DNA of 32,000 nucleotides from Corynebacterium glutamicum ATCC 13032 (GCF_000011325.1 NC_003450.3:3090001-3122000), one strand, 5' to 3'; counted from the stretch's first letter, positions 1 through 9,523 are shown. Notes: generated by a model from the sequence alone, not told the origin. Program-made: numbers and translations.

Positions 1-2
1 CA

Positions 3-668
3 AGCAATGCTCCTTCGACGACCACTGCCCAGCCTGTAACTCCCGCTGAACCTCAGCAGTACAGCGAATCCGATGCCCTGGCAGCTCTGCTGACAGGTGG
101 CTCTTCCGGCGGCACCGACCTGCTCAATGGCGCAAACTCTGAGCAGCTCCTGACTGGCCTGGGTTCCATTGCGGCTGTGCTGATTGCTGCGTCTTTGGCT
201 GATGGTGGCCTGAATGGTCTGATCAGCAATGTTGGTAGCAACAACGGCGTCCCAGTGCTTGGCGATATCAAGATCACTGACGTCATCCCAATCGTTGATA
301 CCGCGATCAACCTAACCGGAGACAATAAGTACTCTCGCGGTTGGAACGACCTGAACAACACGCTTGGACCAGTGCTTGGCGCTGCCACTGGTGGCGAAAC
401 CACCGTGAAGTACACCAGCGACCAGAACTCTGAGGTTACTTTCGTGCCGTTTGAAAATGGCATCATGGTGTCTTCCCCTGAGGCTGGAACTCACGGCCTG
501 TGGGGCGCAATCGGTGACGCGTGGGCTCAGCAGGGCGCTGACCTTGGCCCTCTGGGACTTCCAACCAGTAATGAATACACCGTTGGCGAACAGCTTCGTG
601 TTGATTTCCAGAATGGTTACATCACTTACGATTCTGCGACTGGCCAGGCAAGCATTCAGCTGAACTAG
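3..668 (+). CDS. C-terminal part of a secreted LGFP-repeat protein. The 5' end lies outside the window.
   Basis: Frame 3 is open from the window edge to TAG at 666-668; the ORF track reports it only from the internal Met at 177. The C-terminus (GLWGAIGDAWAQQGADLGPLGLPTSNEYTVGEQLRVDFQNGYITYD) looks like an LGFP cell-envelope repeat. A hairpin terminator follows. Confidence 0.75.
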   Translation, partial: SNAPSTTTAQPVTPAEPQQYSESDALAALLTGGSSGGTDLLNGANSEQLLTGLGSIAAVLIAASLADGGLNGLISNVGSNNGVPVLGDIKITDVIPIVDTAINLTGDNKYSRGWNDLNNTLGPVLGAATGGETTVKYTSDQNSEVTFVPFENGIMVSSPEAGTHGLWGAIGDAWAQQGADLGPLGLPTSNEYTVGEQLRVDFQNGYITYDSATGQASIQLN

Positions 669-682
669 TCTCAATTAGAGCC

Positions 683-720
683 GAAAACCCCGCTACCTTC
701 CCTGAGGAGGCGGGGTTTTC
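683..720. terminator. Bidirectional hairpin terminator between the convergent LGFP-protein gene and glpK
   Basis: GAAAACCCCGC (683-693) pairs with GCGGGGTTTTC (710-720). A/T runs lie on both sides, and the hairpin sits between two convergent stop codons. Confidence 0.7.
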
Positions 721-757
721 TCCAATCAAAAGCCAATTAAAGGCCGACCCAAATCAG

Positions 758-2287
758 CTAGGCCTGGTCATAAGAATGCTCCACTGCCCTATTCCATTCG
801 GCATAGCGACGTTCGCGCTCTTCTTCGCTCATGTCAGGGTTCCAGACTTTCTTCACTGCAATAAGTTTTTCGATCTCGTCAGTTGTTTTGAAGAATCCAG
901 AGCCGAGACCTGCAGCGAATGCGACGCCGACGGCGGTGGTTTCTACGTCCTCGAGACGTTGGACGTCGATGCCGAGGAAGTCGGCTTGCATTTGCATGAG
1001 GAGGTCATTTTCCACCATCGCACCGTCGACGCGGAGGGATTCGAGGGCTTTGCCTGCGTCTTTGGCCATGGCGTCCACAACTTCGCGGGTTTGGAAGGCG
1101 TTGGCTTCAAGGACTGCGCGGGCGATGTGTTTGCGGTTGGCAAAACGGGTGAGGCCTGTAATGACGCCACGAGCATCGGGGCGCCAACGTGGTGCGAACA
1201 GTCCGGTGAATGCTGGGACAACATGAACGCCACCGTTGTCTTCGACTTCTCGGGCGAGGTTTTCAATCGCTGGTGCGTTGGGGATTAGCTGTAGGTTGTC
1301 GCGCAGCCACTGCACCAAGGAACCGCCCATGGATACGGAACCTTCCAGCGCGTAGACCGGAGCGGATCCTTCCCGTTGATAGGCGATGGTGGACAGCAGG
1401 CCGTGCTCGGAAATCTTCAACGAGGTGCCGGTGTTCATCAGCAGGAAGAGGCCGGTGCCGTAGGTATTTTTAGCAGCACCTTCGTGGAATCCGCCCTGAC
1501 CAAAAAGGGCCGCTTGCTGGTCGCCGAGCACGCCAGTAATCGGGACGTCGGCTAGGGTTCCGCGGTGGCGCACGGAGCGGAATTCTCCGACGGAGGGACG
1601 AATCTCAGGGAGCATGGACATCGGAATGTCTAGGGCTTCGCATAGTTCTGGATCCCACTGTTGCGTGCGGAGATCCATCAATAGTGTGCGGGATGCGTTG
1701 GTGACATCGGTGACGTGGATGGCATCATCACCGTCGTCGCCGCGGACACCGCCGGTCAGGTTCCACAGCACCCAGGTATCCATGGTGCCAAACAAAAGGT
1801 CGCCCTTTTCGGCGCGTTCGCGAGCTCCCTCAACGTTGTCGAGAATCCACTTGATTTTGGGCCCCGATGGGTAGGAGTTGATCAGCAGGCCGGTGCGGTC
1901 AAGCCACTTTTCCTGGCCTTCTTCGCCCGCGATCTCTAGGCAAATGTCAGAGGTGCGGGTGTCTTGCCACACGATTGCGTTGTAGACAGGTTCGCCGGTG
2001 TGCTTGTCCCACACCACGGTGGTTTCGCGCTGGTTGGTGACTCCCAGCGATGCAACCTCGTGTGGGGTGATGTCAATGGAGACCATCGCCTGGCTGACGA
2101 CAGATCGGATGTTGTCCCAAATTTCTTCAGGATCGTGCTCTACCCAGCCCTGTTGTGGGAAGATTTGGCGGTGCTCCTTGGAAGCAGAAGACACCACTTT
2201 TCCTTGGGCATCAATGAAGATGCACCGAGTGGAAGTGGTGCCTTGGTCAATCGCTGCAACATACGCATTGGCCTTTGAGATTCTCAT
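758..2287 (-). CDS. glpK: Glycerol kinase
   Basis: The 509-aa ORF has an FGGY-kinase N-terminus ([16 protein letters not shown]) and the motifs [11 protein letters not shown] and [10 protein letters not shown], which are typical of GlpK. Confidence 0.96.
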
Positions 2288-2339
2288 GGCCTTATTTTTG
2301 CACGTATTGGGCCACTAAGCAGTGTTTTAACACCACCTA

Positions 2340-3176
2340 TTAGAACCACCACTCCAATACATCTGCTACACCGGCGTCGTCGTTGGTGCGGGTGATGTGG
2401 TCTGACACGGCTTTGACCTCTGGTCGGGCGTTGCCCATCGCCACTCCCCGGCCGGCCCACTGGAGCATTTCAATATCGTTGGGCATGTCGCCGAACGTTA
2501 TAACGTCCTTTTGCGCAATCTTTAGGCGCTCTGCCAGCATCGATACGCCCAGTGCCTTGGTCACGCCGGGCGCTGCGATCTCAATGAGTCCGCCGGACAT
2601 GGAGAAGGTGACGTGGACTTGATCCTCGGGAACGGAGGCGCGGACGATATCAAAAAGCTGCTTGGAATCGAGGTAATCGCTGCGCATCAACAATTTGGTG
2701 GCTGGTTCGGAAAGCACTTCGGCTTCCTCGAAGGTGCCGTGATCATTTGAGGGCCACGCGTGGCTGTATTCCGGGGTGACCAAAAACAGCTCATCGGCTG
2801 GATCGTAAGCGGATTTTCCAGCGCGCTCGACAGCAATACTGACCCCGCCATGCTCTTCCAAAGCGGCACGCGCAGCCATGACGGCACTCGCCATAACCTC
2901 CGGACTAAGCGTCTGAGCTGCAAGAATCTCATCGGCAGCGGAATCGTACAGCACCGCGCCATTCGCGCAGACGCAAATCGGCTTCACGCTCAGCTGATCC
3001 AGCACATAATGAATCCAGCGCGGCGGGCGGCCCGTGGACAGCGCCAGGGTCACGCCCTGATTGGTCATCCGCGTGATCACATCGCGCAGGCGTTGCGGCA
3101 CGCGCTCAGAACTATTGATGAGGGTGCCATCAACATCGGAGGCAACCAGCTTGGGCGCTGAACCCAGTGCAATCAT
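2340..3176 (-). CDS. Cof-type HAD-IIB phosphatase
   Basis: The 278-aa ORF has HAD motif I (SDVDGTLI) and a C-terminal GDMPNDIEML motif. Its ATG overlaps the upstream gene's stop as ATGA (3173-3176). Confidence 0.88.
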   Translation of the reverse strand: MIALGSAPKLVASDVDGTLINSSERVPQRLRDVITRMTNQGVTLALSTGRPPRWIHYVLDQLSVKPICVCANGAVLYDSAADEILAAQTLSPEVMASAVMAARAALEEHGGVSIAVERAGKSAYDPADELFLVTPEYSHAWPSNDHGTFEEAEVLSEPATKLLMRSDYLDSKQLFDIVRASVPEDQVHVTFSMSGGLIEIAAPGVTKALGVSMLAERLKIAQKDVITFGDMPNDIEMLQWAGRGVAMGNARPEVKAVSDHITRTNDDAGVADVLEWWF

Positions 3177-4060
3177 TTTTTAAAGATTTTCCTTATAAAG
3201 GTGGTGCGTTTCTTGGCGACCTTTGCCGCGCGTTTTGCTTGTCGACGTTCCCGTTCGGCGATTTCCAACATTTTCGCCTGCTCCAACGTTGGGGCGCCGC
3301 CGCCGAGGGATTTCGGGCGCCACAATTCTCCACCTTCGAATGGGCCATACTTTTGTTCGTAGGCGGTGCGGGTTTCGTCGAGAAGCTTTTTCATAGCCTC
3401 GTAGAGGCGTTCCGTTGCTTCGTCGGGATCGCCGCTGGCGTCGACGGGTTCACCCACGCTGATGAATACGGGGATGTGGGAGCGGCCGAAGTCGCGCTCG
3501 ATGTCTTTGGTGATGATGCGCTGGCCGCCCCAAATAATAAGTGGCAGCAGCGGAACGTTAGCGCTGTCGGCGATGCGGACGGCGCCAGTTTTTAGTTCCT
3601 TGATTTCAAAGGACCGTGACACCGTCGCCTCAGGGAAGATACCGACGAGGCTGCCGGCGTCGAGACGCTTCCGCGCATCTTCCATGGAACCGGCACCTGC
3701 GGAGCGGTCCACAGAGACGTGCTTCATCCAGCGCATGAGGGTGCCGACAACTGGGGTGTCGAAAATTTCCTTCTTCGCCATGAATCGAACCAGGCGCTTA
3801 CCCCGCACGAATGCGGGGATACCACCCAGAATGAAGTCATAATAACCAGTGTGGTTGATGGCGAAAAGTGCGCCGCCGGTGGTCGGAATGTTCTCCGCAC
3901 CGAAGATGGAAATCTGCACATCCTGGGCTTTCATCACCGTCCGCACAGCACTAATGATGATGCGCCCATAAAACGTCTCCCGTGACTCTTCGGGATGCAG
4001 CGGAACCTTAGGCAGGGAATCCTCTACGAAAAAGCCAAACCTTTTGACCATGTCGACCAC
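3173..4060 (-). CDS. 1-acyl-sn-glycerol-3-phosphate acyltransferase family protein (PlsC-like)
   Basis: The 295-aa ORF has the acyltransferase HX4D motif (NHTGYYD) and a later FPEATVS motif. It starts 15 nt downstream of serS, with the HAD gene and glpK following on the same strand. Confidence 0.88.
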   Translation of the reverse strand: MVDMVKRFGFFVEDSLPKVPLHPEESRETFYGRIIISAVRTVMKAQDVQISIFGAENIPTTGGALFAINHTGYYDFILGGIPAFVRGKRLVRFMAKKEIFDTPVVGTLMRWMKHVSVDRSAGAGSMEDARKRLDAGSLVGIFPEATVSRSFEIKELKTGAVRIADSANVPLLPLIIWGGQRIITKDIERDFGRSHIPVFISVGEPVDASGDPDEATERLYEAMKKLLDETRTAYEQKYGPFEGGELWRPKSLGGGAPTLEQAKMLEIAERERRQAKRAAKVAKKRTTFIRKIFKK

Positions 4061-4075
4061 GAGCTTTCCGCTTAA

Positions 4076-5344
4076 TTAACCGGCTTGTTTCACTGGCTTG
4101 AGCACGTCTTTGCCCACGAATGGACGAAGCGCCTCAGGAACAACAACAGAGCCATCGGCCTGCTGGTTGTTCTCCAGGATCGCGACAAGCCAACGAGTGG
4201 TAGCCAACGTACCGTTCAGGGTTGCGGCGATCTGTGGCTTGCCGTTTTCATCGCGGTAACGAGTCTGCAGGCGACGAGCCTGGAAAGTGGTGCAGTTAGA
4301 GGTCGAGGTGAGTTCACGGTAGGTGTCCTGGGTTGGCACCCATGCCTCGGTGTCGAACTTGCGGGCAGCAGATGCACCCAAGTCTCCACCGGCAACGTCG
4401 ATGACGCGGTAAGGAACCTCGATGGCTGCGAGCATTTCCTTTTCCATGCCGAGCAGCTGCTGGTGTACATCTTCAGCATCTTCAGGCTTGCAGTAGACAA
4501 ACATCTCAACCTTGTCGAACTGGTGCACACGCAAAATGCCTCGGGTGTCCTTGCCGTAGGAACCAGCCTCACGGCGGAAGCAGGAGCTCCAACCGGCGTA
4601 CTTCACTGGGCCTTCGTTGAGATCAATGATTTCGTCCTTGTGGTAACCCGCAAGAGCCACCTCAGAGGTACCCACCAAGTACATGTCATCGCGTTCGAGG
4701 TAGTAGATCTCCTCGGAGTGATCACCCAAGAATCCAGTGCCCGCCATGATTTCAGGGCGCACCAAAACTGGAGGGATCATCATGCTAAATCCAGCTTCGC
4801 GCGCCTTCTGAGCAGCCAACATGAGCATGCCCAACTGCAGCATTGCGCCGTCACCGGTGAGGTAGTAGAAACGTGCACCGGAAACCTTGGTGCCGCGCTT
4901 CATATCGATAAGTCCGAGGGATTCACCGAGCTCCAGGTGATCCTTTGGCTCGAAATCAAAAGTGCGAGGCTCGCCGATGGTCTCCAGGACGACGAAATCA
5001 TCTTCGCCACCAGCAGGCGCGCCGGAAACCACGTTGGAGAGCTTCATCTGCAGCTCATTGACTTTCGCCTCAGCAGCTTCCTGTGCAGCCTCAGCATCCT
5101 TCACCTTGGCTTTGAGTTCGTTGGAACCCTCCAGAAGTGCAGGGCGGTCCTCCGGAGAGGCCTGTCCGATCTTCTTTCCAAAAGCCTTCTGCTCAGCGCG
5201 CAAATCGTCGGCAGCCTTGATTGCTTCGCGACGAGATTCATCAGCACTAATCAGTTCGTCCACAAGCGCGGGGTCTTCGCCGCGAGTGATCTGGGAGGCA
5301 CGAACAACGTCCGGGTTATCACGGAGGAATTTCAGATCGATCAT
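4076..5344 (-). CDS. serS: Seryl-tRNA synthetase
   Basis: This is a class II aaRS. I place the start at [12 protein letters not shown] (ATG at 5344), the canonical SerS N-terminus. The track ORF extends 10 codons further, to 5374. Confidence 0.95.
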   Translation of the reverse strand: MIDLKFLRDNPDVVRASQITRGEDPALVDELISADESRREAIKAADDLRAEQKAFGKKIGQASPEDRPALLEGSNELKAKVKDAEAAQEAAEAKVNELQMKLSNVVSGAPAGGEDDFVVLETIGEPRTFDFEPKDHLELGESLGLIDMKRGTKVSGARFYYLTGDGAMLQLGMLMLAAQKAREAGFSMMIPPVLVRPEIMAGTGFLGDHSEEIYYLERDDMYLVGTSEVALAGYHKDEIIDLNEGPVKYAGWSSCFRREAGSYGKDTRGILRVHQFDKVEMFVYCKPEDAEDVHQQLLGMEKEMLAAIEVPYRVIDVAGGDLGASAARKFDTEAWVPTQDTYRELTSTSNCTTFQARRLQTRYRDENGKPQIAATLNGTLATTRWLVAILENNQQADGSVVVPEALRPFVGKDVLKPVKQAG

Positions 5345-5490
5345 AAAGAACAATCTACCGTGATCGGTAGACATGTGGGCACTTAGGGCTTATCTGTTTT
5401 CCAGCCTTGCTTTTTACTAGGCGCTCCTGTCCCGCTTCAGTCACCAAAACCACACCCCTGGTTATGACCAGATCGGCTAAAATGAACACC

Positions 5491-6291
5491 ATGCCTGACC
5501 AACCGCTCAACCAGGACGGATTCCCTACCGCATCCAAAGGGGTGGAACCCGACAACCTCCCCGACCGCGTTCTCGTGGACGGCCTTAAACCAAAGCATCA
5601 GCAGCTTCGTGAAATTTTGGAGGAAATCTGCACCACCCAGCTTCAGCCTGGGGACATGCTGCCTGGTGAGCGCATCCTGGAAGAAAAGTATGGCGTCAGC
5701 CGAATTACGGTTCGTCGGGCGATTGGTGATCTGGTCGCGTCCGGCAGGTTGAAGCGAGCTCGCGGCAAAGGTACCTTCGTGGCCCACTCGCCGTTGATTT
5801 CCCGCCTGCATTTGGCCTCGTTTTCCGCAGAGATGGCCGCCCAGAAGCTATCGGCTACCAGCAGGATTTTGAGTTCTTCCCGCGGTCCCGCCCCAGATGA
5901 TATTGCTGATTTCTTTGGTACCGATCGCGCGGCCCAGCACATCACGTTGCGCCGCCTGCGCCTTGGAAATGGTCGACCCTATGCCATTGACAACGGCTGG
6001 TACAACTCCGAATTCGCACCTGACCTGCTGGAAAATGATGTGTACAACTCCGTGTACTCCATCCTGGACCGCGTCTATGGCGTCCCCGTCACCCAGGCCG
6101 AGCAAACGGTCACCGCCGTAGCAGCCGACGAAGACACCGCACGGCTTCTCGACGTCACCCCCGGCGCCCCACTCCTTCGTATCCTTCGACAGTCACTTTC
6201 TGGCGATAAGCCCGTGGAATGGTGCGTTTCCTTGTACCGAACCGACCGATATTCTTTAAAAACATTGGTTACACGCTCCGAAGATCTCTGA
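5491..6291 (+). CDS. farR: HutC/FarR-subfamily GntR transcriptional regulator. The start is uncertain: alternatives are 5407, 5464 and 5482.
   Basis: It has a winged-HTH (LPGERILEEKYGVSRITVRRAIGDLVASGRLKRARGKGTFV) followed by a UTRA-like C-terminal domain. No Shine-Dalgarno precedes any candidate ATG. TAAAAT (5478-5483) lies 7 nt before ATG 5491, which suggests a leaderless mRNA. The farR symbol comes from remembered C. glutamicum synteny with serS. Confidence 0.8.
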   Translation: MPDQPLNQDGFPTASKGVEPDNLPDRVLVDGLKPKHQQLREILEEICTTQLQPGDMLPGERILEEKYGVSRITVRRAIGDLVASGRLKRARGKGTFVAHSPLISRLHLASFSAEMAAQKLSATSRILSSSRGPAPDDIADFFGTDRAAQHITLRRLRLGNGRPYAIDNGWYNSEFAPDLLENDVYNSVYSILDRVYGVPVTQAEQTVTAVAADEDTARLLDVTPGAPLLRILRQSLSGDKPVEWCVSLYRTDRYSLKTLVTRSEDL

Positions 6292-6311
6292 CGTGAACCC
6301 ATTTTGGTGGC

Positions 6312-7427
6312 ATGATGGTGTCAATTATGAGTACAAACTTTGACACTTCGACGTCTCCAGAGGGTGAAACCAAGAAGAACTCTTCTTTCCGCACTGCGGC
6401 CTCTGTGCAGACCATGCTTGTTGCAGCTTTGGCAGCAACGGCTGCTGTTGGCGTGTACTCCTACAACACGGACAATTCAGCAAACGGCGGCGAATCCCCC
6501 ACAGGACCTGAGCAAAGTACAGTGTCCACCACCGCAACTATTGCCTCATTTACCACTGCTGACGTGGGCCAATGTGCAACCTGGGATGTTAACAATGAAG
6601 GTCTAGTGTCTGGTTTTGAACAAACCAGCTGCGATCAAGAGCACCGCTTTGAAATTTCTGCTCGGGAAAACTTGGCAACTTACCCAAGTTCGGAATTCGG
6701 TCCGGACGCAGCTCCACCAAACCTCACCCGTCAGGCGCAGCTGCGTGAAGAGCTCTGCCAATCTCCTACCTTGGCGTATTTGAATAACCGTTTCGATCCA
6801 TCGGGGCGCTACACCATCGCCCCGATCCTGCCACCTGCGGAAGCGTGGGCTGCGGGAGATCGCACCATGCTCTGTGGACTTCAGGCAACCGACGCTTCAG
6901 GCACTCCACAACTCACCGTCGGACCGATAGCAGCCAATGACCAGGCACGCGTTTTTGAAACCGGCGCCTGCGTGAAGGTGGAATCCTCCGCAGAGTTCCG
7001 CCAAGTTGATTGCACGGAAGATCACCACCTCGAATCAATTTTGACAGTCAACCTTGGTGTCCCCTTCCCACAGGGCGCGCCCAGCACGGATGAGCAGAAC
7101 AATTTCCTCGGAAACACCTGCACCCAAGCATCCATTGATTACCTAGGCTCCGAAGAAAACGTCTACCAATCCACCCTGCAGACCTTCTGGCCAACGATTA
7201 CCTCCAACTCCTGGTTGGGCGGTTCACACAGCGTGAACTGCTTCCTCATGTCACCATCCACCGAGGGTGCTGCAACATTTAACACCCTCAACGGTTCAGC
7301 GACTGGCACATTCACCATCAACGGTGAAGTTCCCCCACCTCAGCCAGAGCGCGATCCGCTCCGTGACACTGCAGGAACGACAGCATCCGCGGAGGTCGGA
7401 GTACCTGTAGAGGAGAACGCTCCATGA
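6312..7427 (+). CDS. Membrane-anchored protein with two Septum_form-like Cys-containing domains
   Basis: The 371-aa ORF has an N-terminal TM helix (MLVAALAATAAVGVYSY). Two similar modules follow: GQCATWDV...TSCDQEHRFEI and GACVKVES...VDCTEDHHLESI. Confidence 0.8.
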   Translation: MMVSIMSTNFDTSTSPEGETKKNSSFRTAASVQTMLVAALAATAAVGVYSYNTDNSANGGESPTGPEQSTVSTTATIASFTTADVGQCATWDVNNEGLVSGFEQTSCDQEHRFEISARENLATYPSSEFGPDAAPPNLTRQAQLREELCQSPTLAYLNNRFDPSGRYTIAPILPPAEAWAAGDRTMLCGLQATDASGTPQLTVGPIAANDQARVFETGACVKVESSAEFRQVDCTEDHHLESILTVNLGVPFPQGAPSTDEQNNFLGNTCTQASIDYLGSEENVYQSTLQTFWPTITSNSWLGGSHSVNCFLMSPSTEGAATFNTLNGSATGTFTINGEVPPPQPERDPLRDTAGTTASAEVGVPVEENAP

Positions 7428-7768
7428 TTGAAGTCAGCGACGAACGCTTCGAGGAACTGGTCGAACTAGCCTTCGACCAAGTTCCCCAGCAATTCCTGGA
7501 TCATATGCGCAACGTGGTTTTACTCATTGAGGATTTCAACCCAGATTCGCCTTATATCTTGGGTTTATACCACGGCGTTGCTCTCACAGAGCGCACATTC
7601 AACCACGGTGGCCTGCCGGATTCCATCACCATTTATAAAGGTGCGTTGCAAAATTACTGCAATTCAGAGGAACAACTAGTGGAGCAGGTGCGGGTGACCG
7701 TGCTGCATGAGATTGGGCATTATTTTGGCCTCGGCGAAGAGGACCTGCACAGGCTCGGATACGCCTAA
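7424..7768 (+). CDS. Small zincin-like metallopeptidase family protein
   Basis: The 114-aa ORF has an HExxH motif (VLHEIGHYFG). Its ATG overlaps the upstream stop as ATGA at 7424-7427. Confidence 0.82.
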   Translation: MIEVSDERFEELVELAFDQVPQQFLDHMRNVVLLIEDFNPDSPYILGLYHGVALTERTFNHGGLPDSITIYKGALQNYCNSEEQLVEQVRVTVLHEIGHYFGLGEEDLHRLGYA

Positions 7769-7786
7769 AACGCCTCATTAGGTGCA

Positions 7787-7899
7787 CAGACCAAGAACCC
7801 CTAAAAAGTGGGCGTCCTTGGTCTGAAACAGCAGTTTCCCAAGCCTAAAAAACGTCGTTTCGGACCAAAGACCCACCAAAAATCCGAGCCTTTGGTCTC
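7787..7899 (+). repeat. 113-bp extragenic repeat, copy A. It has four GACCAA/TTGGTC units that form two hairpins.
   Basis: The four units are CAGACCAAG, CCTTGGTCTG, CGGACCAAAG and CTTTGGTCTC. It aligns end to end with 15864-15976 at the same length and in the same orientation. Confidence 0.8.
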
Positions 7900-7901
7900 A
7901 A

Positions 7902-8573
7902 TTACTCCTGCCATGGCAGTGGGCTGTCAGTCCAGCGCACAACATCCCATTGGCTGAATTTCTTACCGTTTGGCTCCAGCACCACGAAGCGGCAGTTGCC
8001 CAGGTAGGTGTTGAACGCAAAGTTGGGATCCACACCAGTTGCGTGTGTTGCCACGATGCGGATGACGGCGCCGTGGCTGACAACGGCAACGTCGCGGTCG
8101 TCGTCAAGGTCGTGGCTGTCCATGATTCGATCAAGAGTCGGCTGGTAGCGGTTCAGCACGTCTTTGTAGGTCTCACCGCCGGGAAGACCAGCGGCAGGAT
8201 CCCCGTGAAGCCAGCCGTTGAGTGCGCGGGAGTAATTCATGTGGGCTTCTTCATCGCCGCGCATTTCAAAGTCGCCGACGTTGATTTCCTGAATGCCTTC
8301 CACAACGTCGAGTGGAATCGCACCGGACTGCATGTCGCGAGCTTTTTCAAAGGTAGAGGTGGCAAGCACGGCGGTTTGTTGGGCGCGCAACACGATGGAG
8401 CTGTACACATGGGCGAGGCGCTCACCGGAGTAGGTGGCTAGTTCGTGGCCAACTTCAAGGGCTTGTTTACGGCCCAGGTCGGTGAGTTCAGCTCCTGGTG
8501 GGCGGGTGTCCAGGAGGTGTTTGACGTTGTTGTGAGTCTGCCCGTGTCGTAGCAAAATAATCCGGCCGGCCAT
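7902..8573 (-). CDS. Histidine phosphatase (phosphoglycerate mutase) family protein
   Basis: The 223-aa ORF has an N-terminal RHG motif (IILLRHGQTHNN) and a later VSHGAVIR motif. Confidence 0.88.
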   Translation of the reverse strand: MAGRIILLRHGQTHNNVKHLLDTRPPGAELTDLGRKQALEVGHELATYSGERLAHVYSSIVLRAQQTAVLATSTFEKARDMQSGAIPLDVVEGIQEINVGDFEMRGDEEAHMNYSRALNGWLHGDPAAGLPGGETYKDVLNRYQPTLDRIMDSHDLDDDRDVAVVSHGAVIRIVATHATGVDPNFAFNTYLGNCRFVVLEPNGKKFSQWDVVRWTDSPLPWQE

Positions 8574-8575
8574 GG

Positions 8576-9523
8576 CTAGTTAAGTTTCCTTCCTTCGCTT
8601 GCTGCGCGAACCCATTCGTCCGCCTTGTGTAGCTTAGCTAGTTGGTCGGTTTGGGGCGTGCTGTCTTCCGCACGGTTGGAGGGCCAGGAGCCGACGAAGA
8701 CGAGTTCTTCGGCTTGGAGGTGGAGTGCGCGGAGGGCTTCGGCGACGGGGATATCGCGGATATGTCCGGATATGTCCAGGTGGAAGCGGTAGGTTCCGAA
8801 GACTTTGCGGGTGGGGCGGGATTCGATGCGGGTGAGGTCAACGCCGCGGATGGCGAATTCGTTGAGGGCGCGCACGAGGCTGCCTGGCACATTCGGTAGG
8901 GAGAAAATGACGGAGGTGCGGTCGTGGCCGGTCGGTTCGGAAACGGCTGCTTGGGCTTGGACAGCAACGAAGCGGGTGCGGGCGCCACGGACGTCGGCGA
9001 CATCATCAACAAGGCGTTCCAGTCCGAAGAGTTCGGCTGCGCGGGAGGGCGCTGCGGCTGCGTCGGCGGTTCCTTCGGCAACCATTTGTGCGCCGGCGCC
9101 GTTGGAGCTTGCTGAAAGATACATGGCGTCCGGAATGGTGGTTGCCATCCAGTTTTTCACTTGTTGGTACCCAACCGGGTGGGTGGCGAGGGTTTTGACG
9201 TCGGCAAGCGAAGTCCCTGGCCGGACCATGATGGAAAAGGCGATGTCGAGTTCTTCTTCGGCGATGATTTGCACGTTGGAGCCCTGGTCAAGGGCGTCGA
9301 AGGTGGGGGTGACGGGGCCGTCGACGAAGTTTTCGATGGCGACCACCGCGAACTGGGCGGTGCCGTGGCGGACGGCGTCGACAGCTTCTTGTGGCGATTT
9401 GGCTGGTAGCTGCTCGATCTCACCGTCGCCGAATACGCCGGCGTCGGCAAATTTGTAGAGGGCTTCTTCGGTGAAGGTTCCGGCAGGCCCCAAATAGGCC
9501 ACAACAGTTGGTGCGTCGCTCAT
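8576..9523 (-). CDS. pheA: Prephenate dehydratase
   Basis: The 315-aa ORF has a PDT domain (AYLGPAGTFTEEA ... TRFV) followed by an ACT domain (TSVIFSLPNVPGSLVRALNEFAIRGVDLTRIESRP). Confidence 0.94.
   Translation of the reverse strand: MSDAPTVVAYLGPAGTFTEEALYKFADAGVFGDGEIEQLPAKSPQEAVDAVRHGTAQFAVVAIENFVDGPVTPTFDALDQGSNVQIIAEEELDIAFSIMVRPGTSLADVKTLATHPVGYQQVKNWMATTIPDAMYLSASSNGAGAQMVAEGTADAAAAPSRAAELFGLERLVDDVADVRGARTRFVAVQAQAAVSEPTGHDRTSVIFSLPNVPGSLVRALNEFAIRGVDLTRIESRPTRKVFGTYRFHLDISGHIRDIPVAEALRALHLQAEELVFVGSWPSNRAEDSTPQTDQLAKLHKADEWVRAASEGRKLN

Noticed and set aside
4085-5386. A 433-aa stop-free ORF lies antisense to the whole of serS. Similar long antisense ORFs occur at 776-1288 and 1964-2278 (glpK), 20510-21520 (pyk2), 28891-29577 (MFS permease) and 29810-30817 (lldD).
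   Set aside because: In every case the antisense ORF is codon-aligned with the real gene: the coordinate offsets 9, 18, 1206, 48, 606 and 189 are all multiples of 3. Stops in the shadow frame therefore correspond to sense codons TTA, CTA and TCA, which these genes simply avoid. The translations are low-complexity with no recognisable motifs and no RBS. This is a codon-bias artefact, not overlapping genes.
7787-7840. The repeat units CAGACCAAG and TTGGTCTGA resemble the LldR operator. The ldhA site reads GGTCAGACCAAG and shares the 9-mer CAGACCAAG.
   Set aside because: The repeat units contain only one half-site: TGGTCTGAAAC fails the ACNA half of TNGTNNNACNA. A shared 9-mer between short GC-balanced palindromic motifs can be coincidental. 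I do not claim these are regulator decoy sites.
8638-9504. Pro/Ser-rich alternative-frame ORFs lie within pheA: 8638-9081 (-), 9157-9504 (-) and 8805-9458 (+).
   Set aside because: They are off-frame readings of a GC-rich, well-supported pheA coding sequence. They are low-complexity and have no independent signals.
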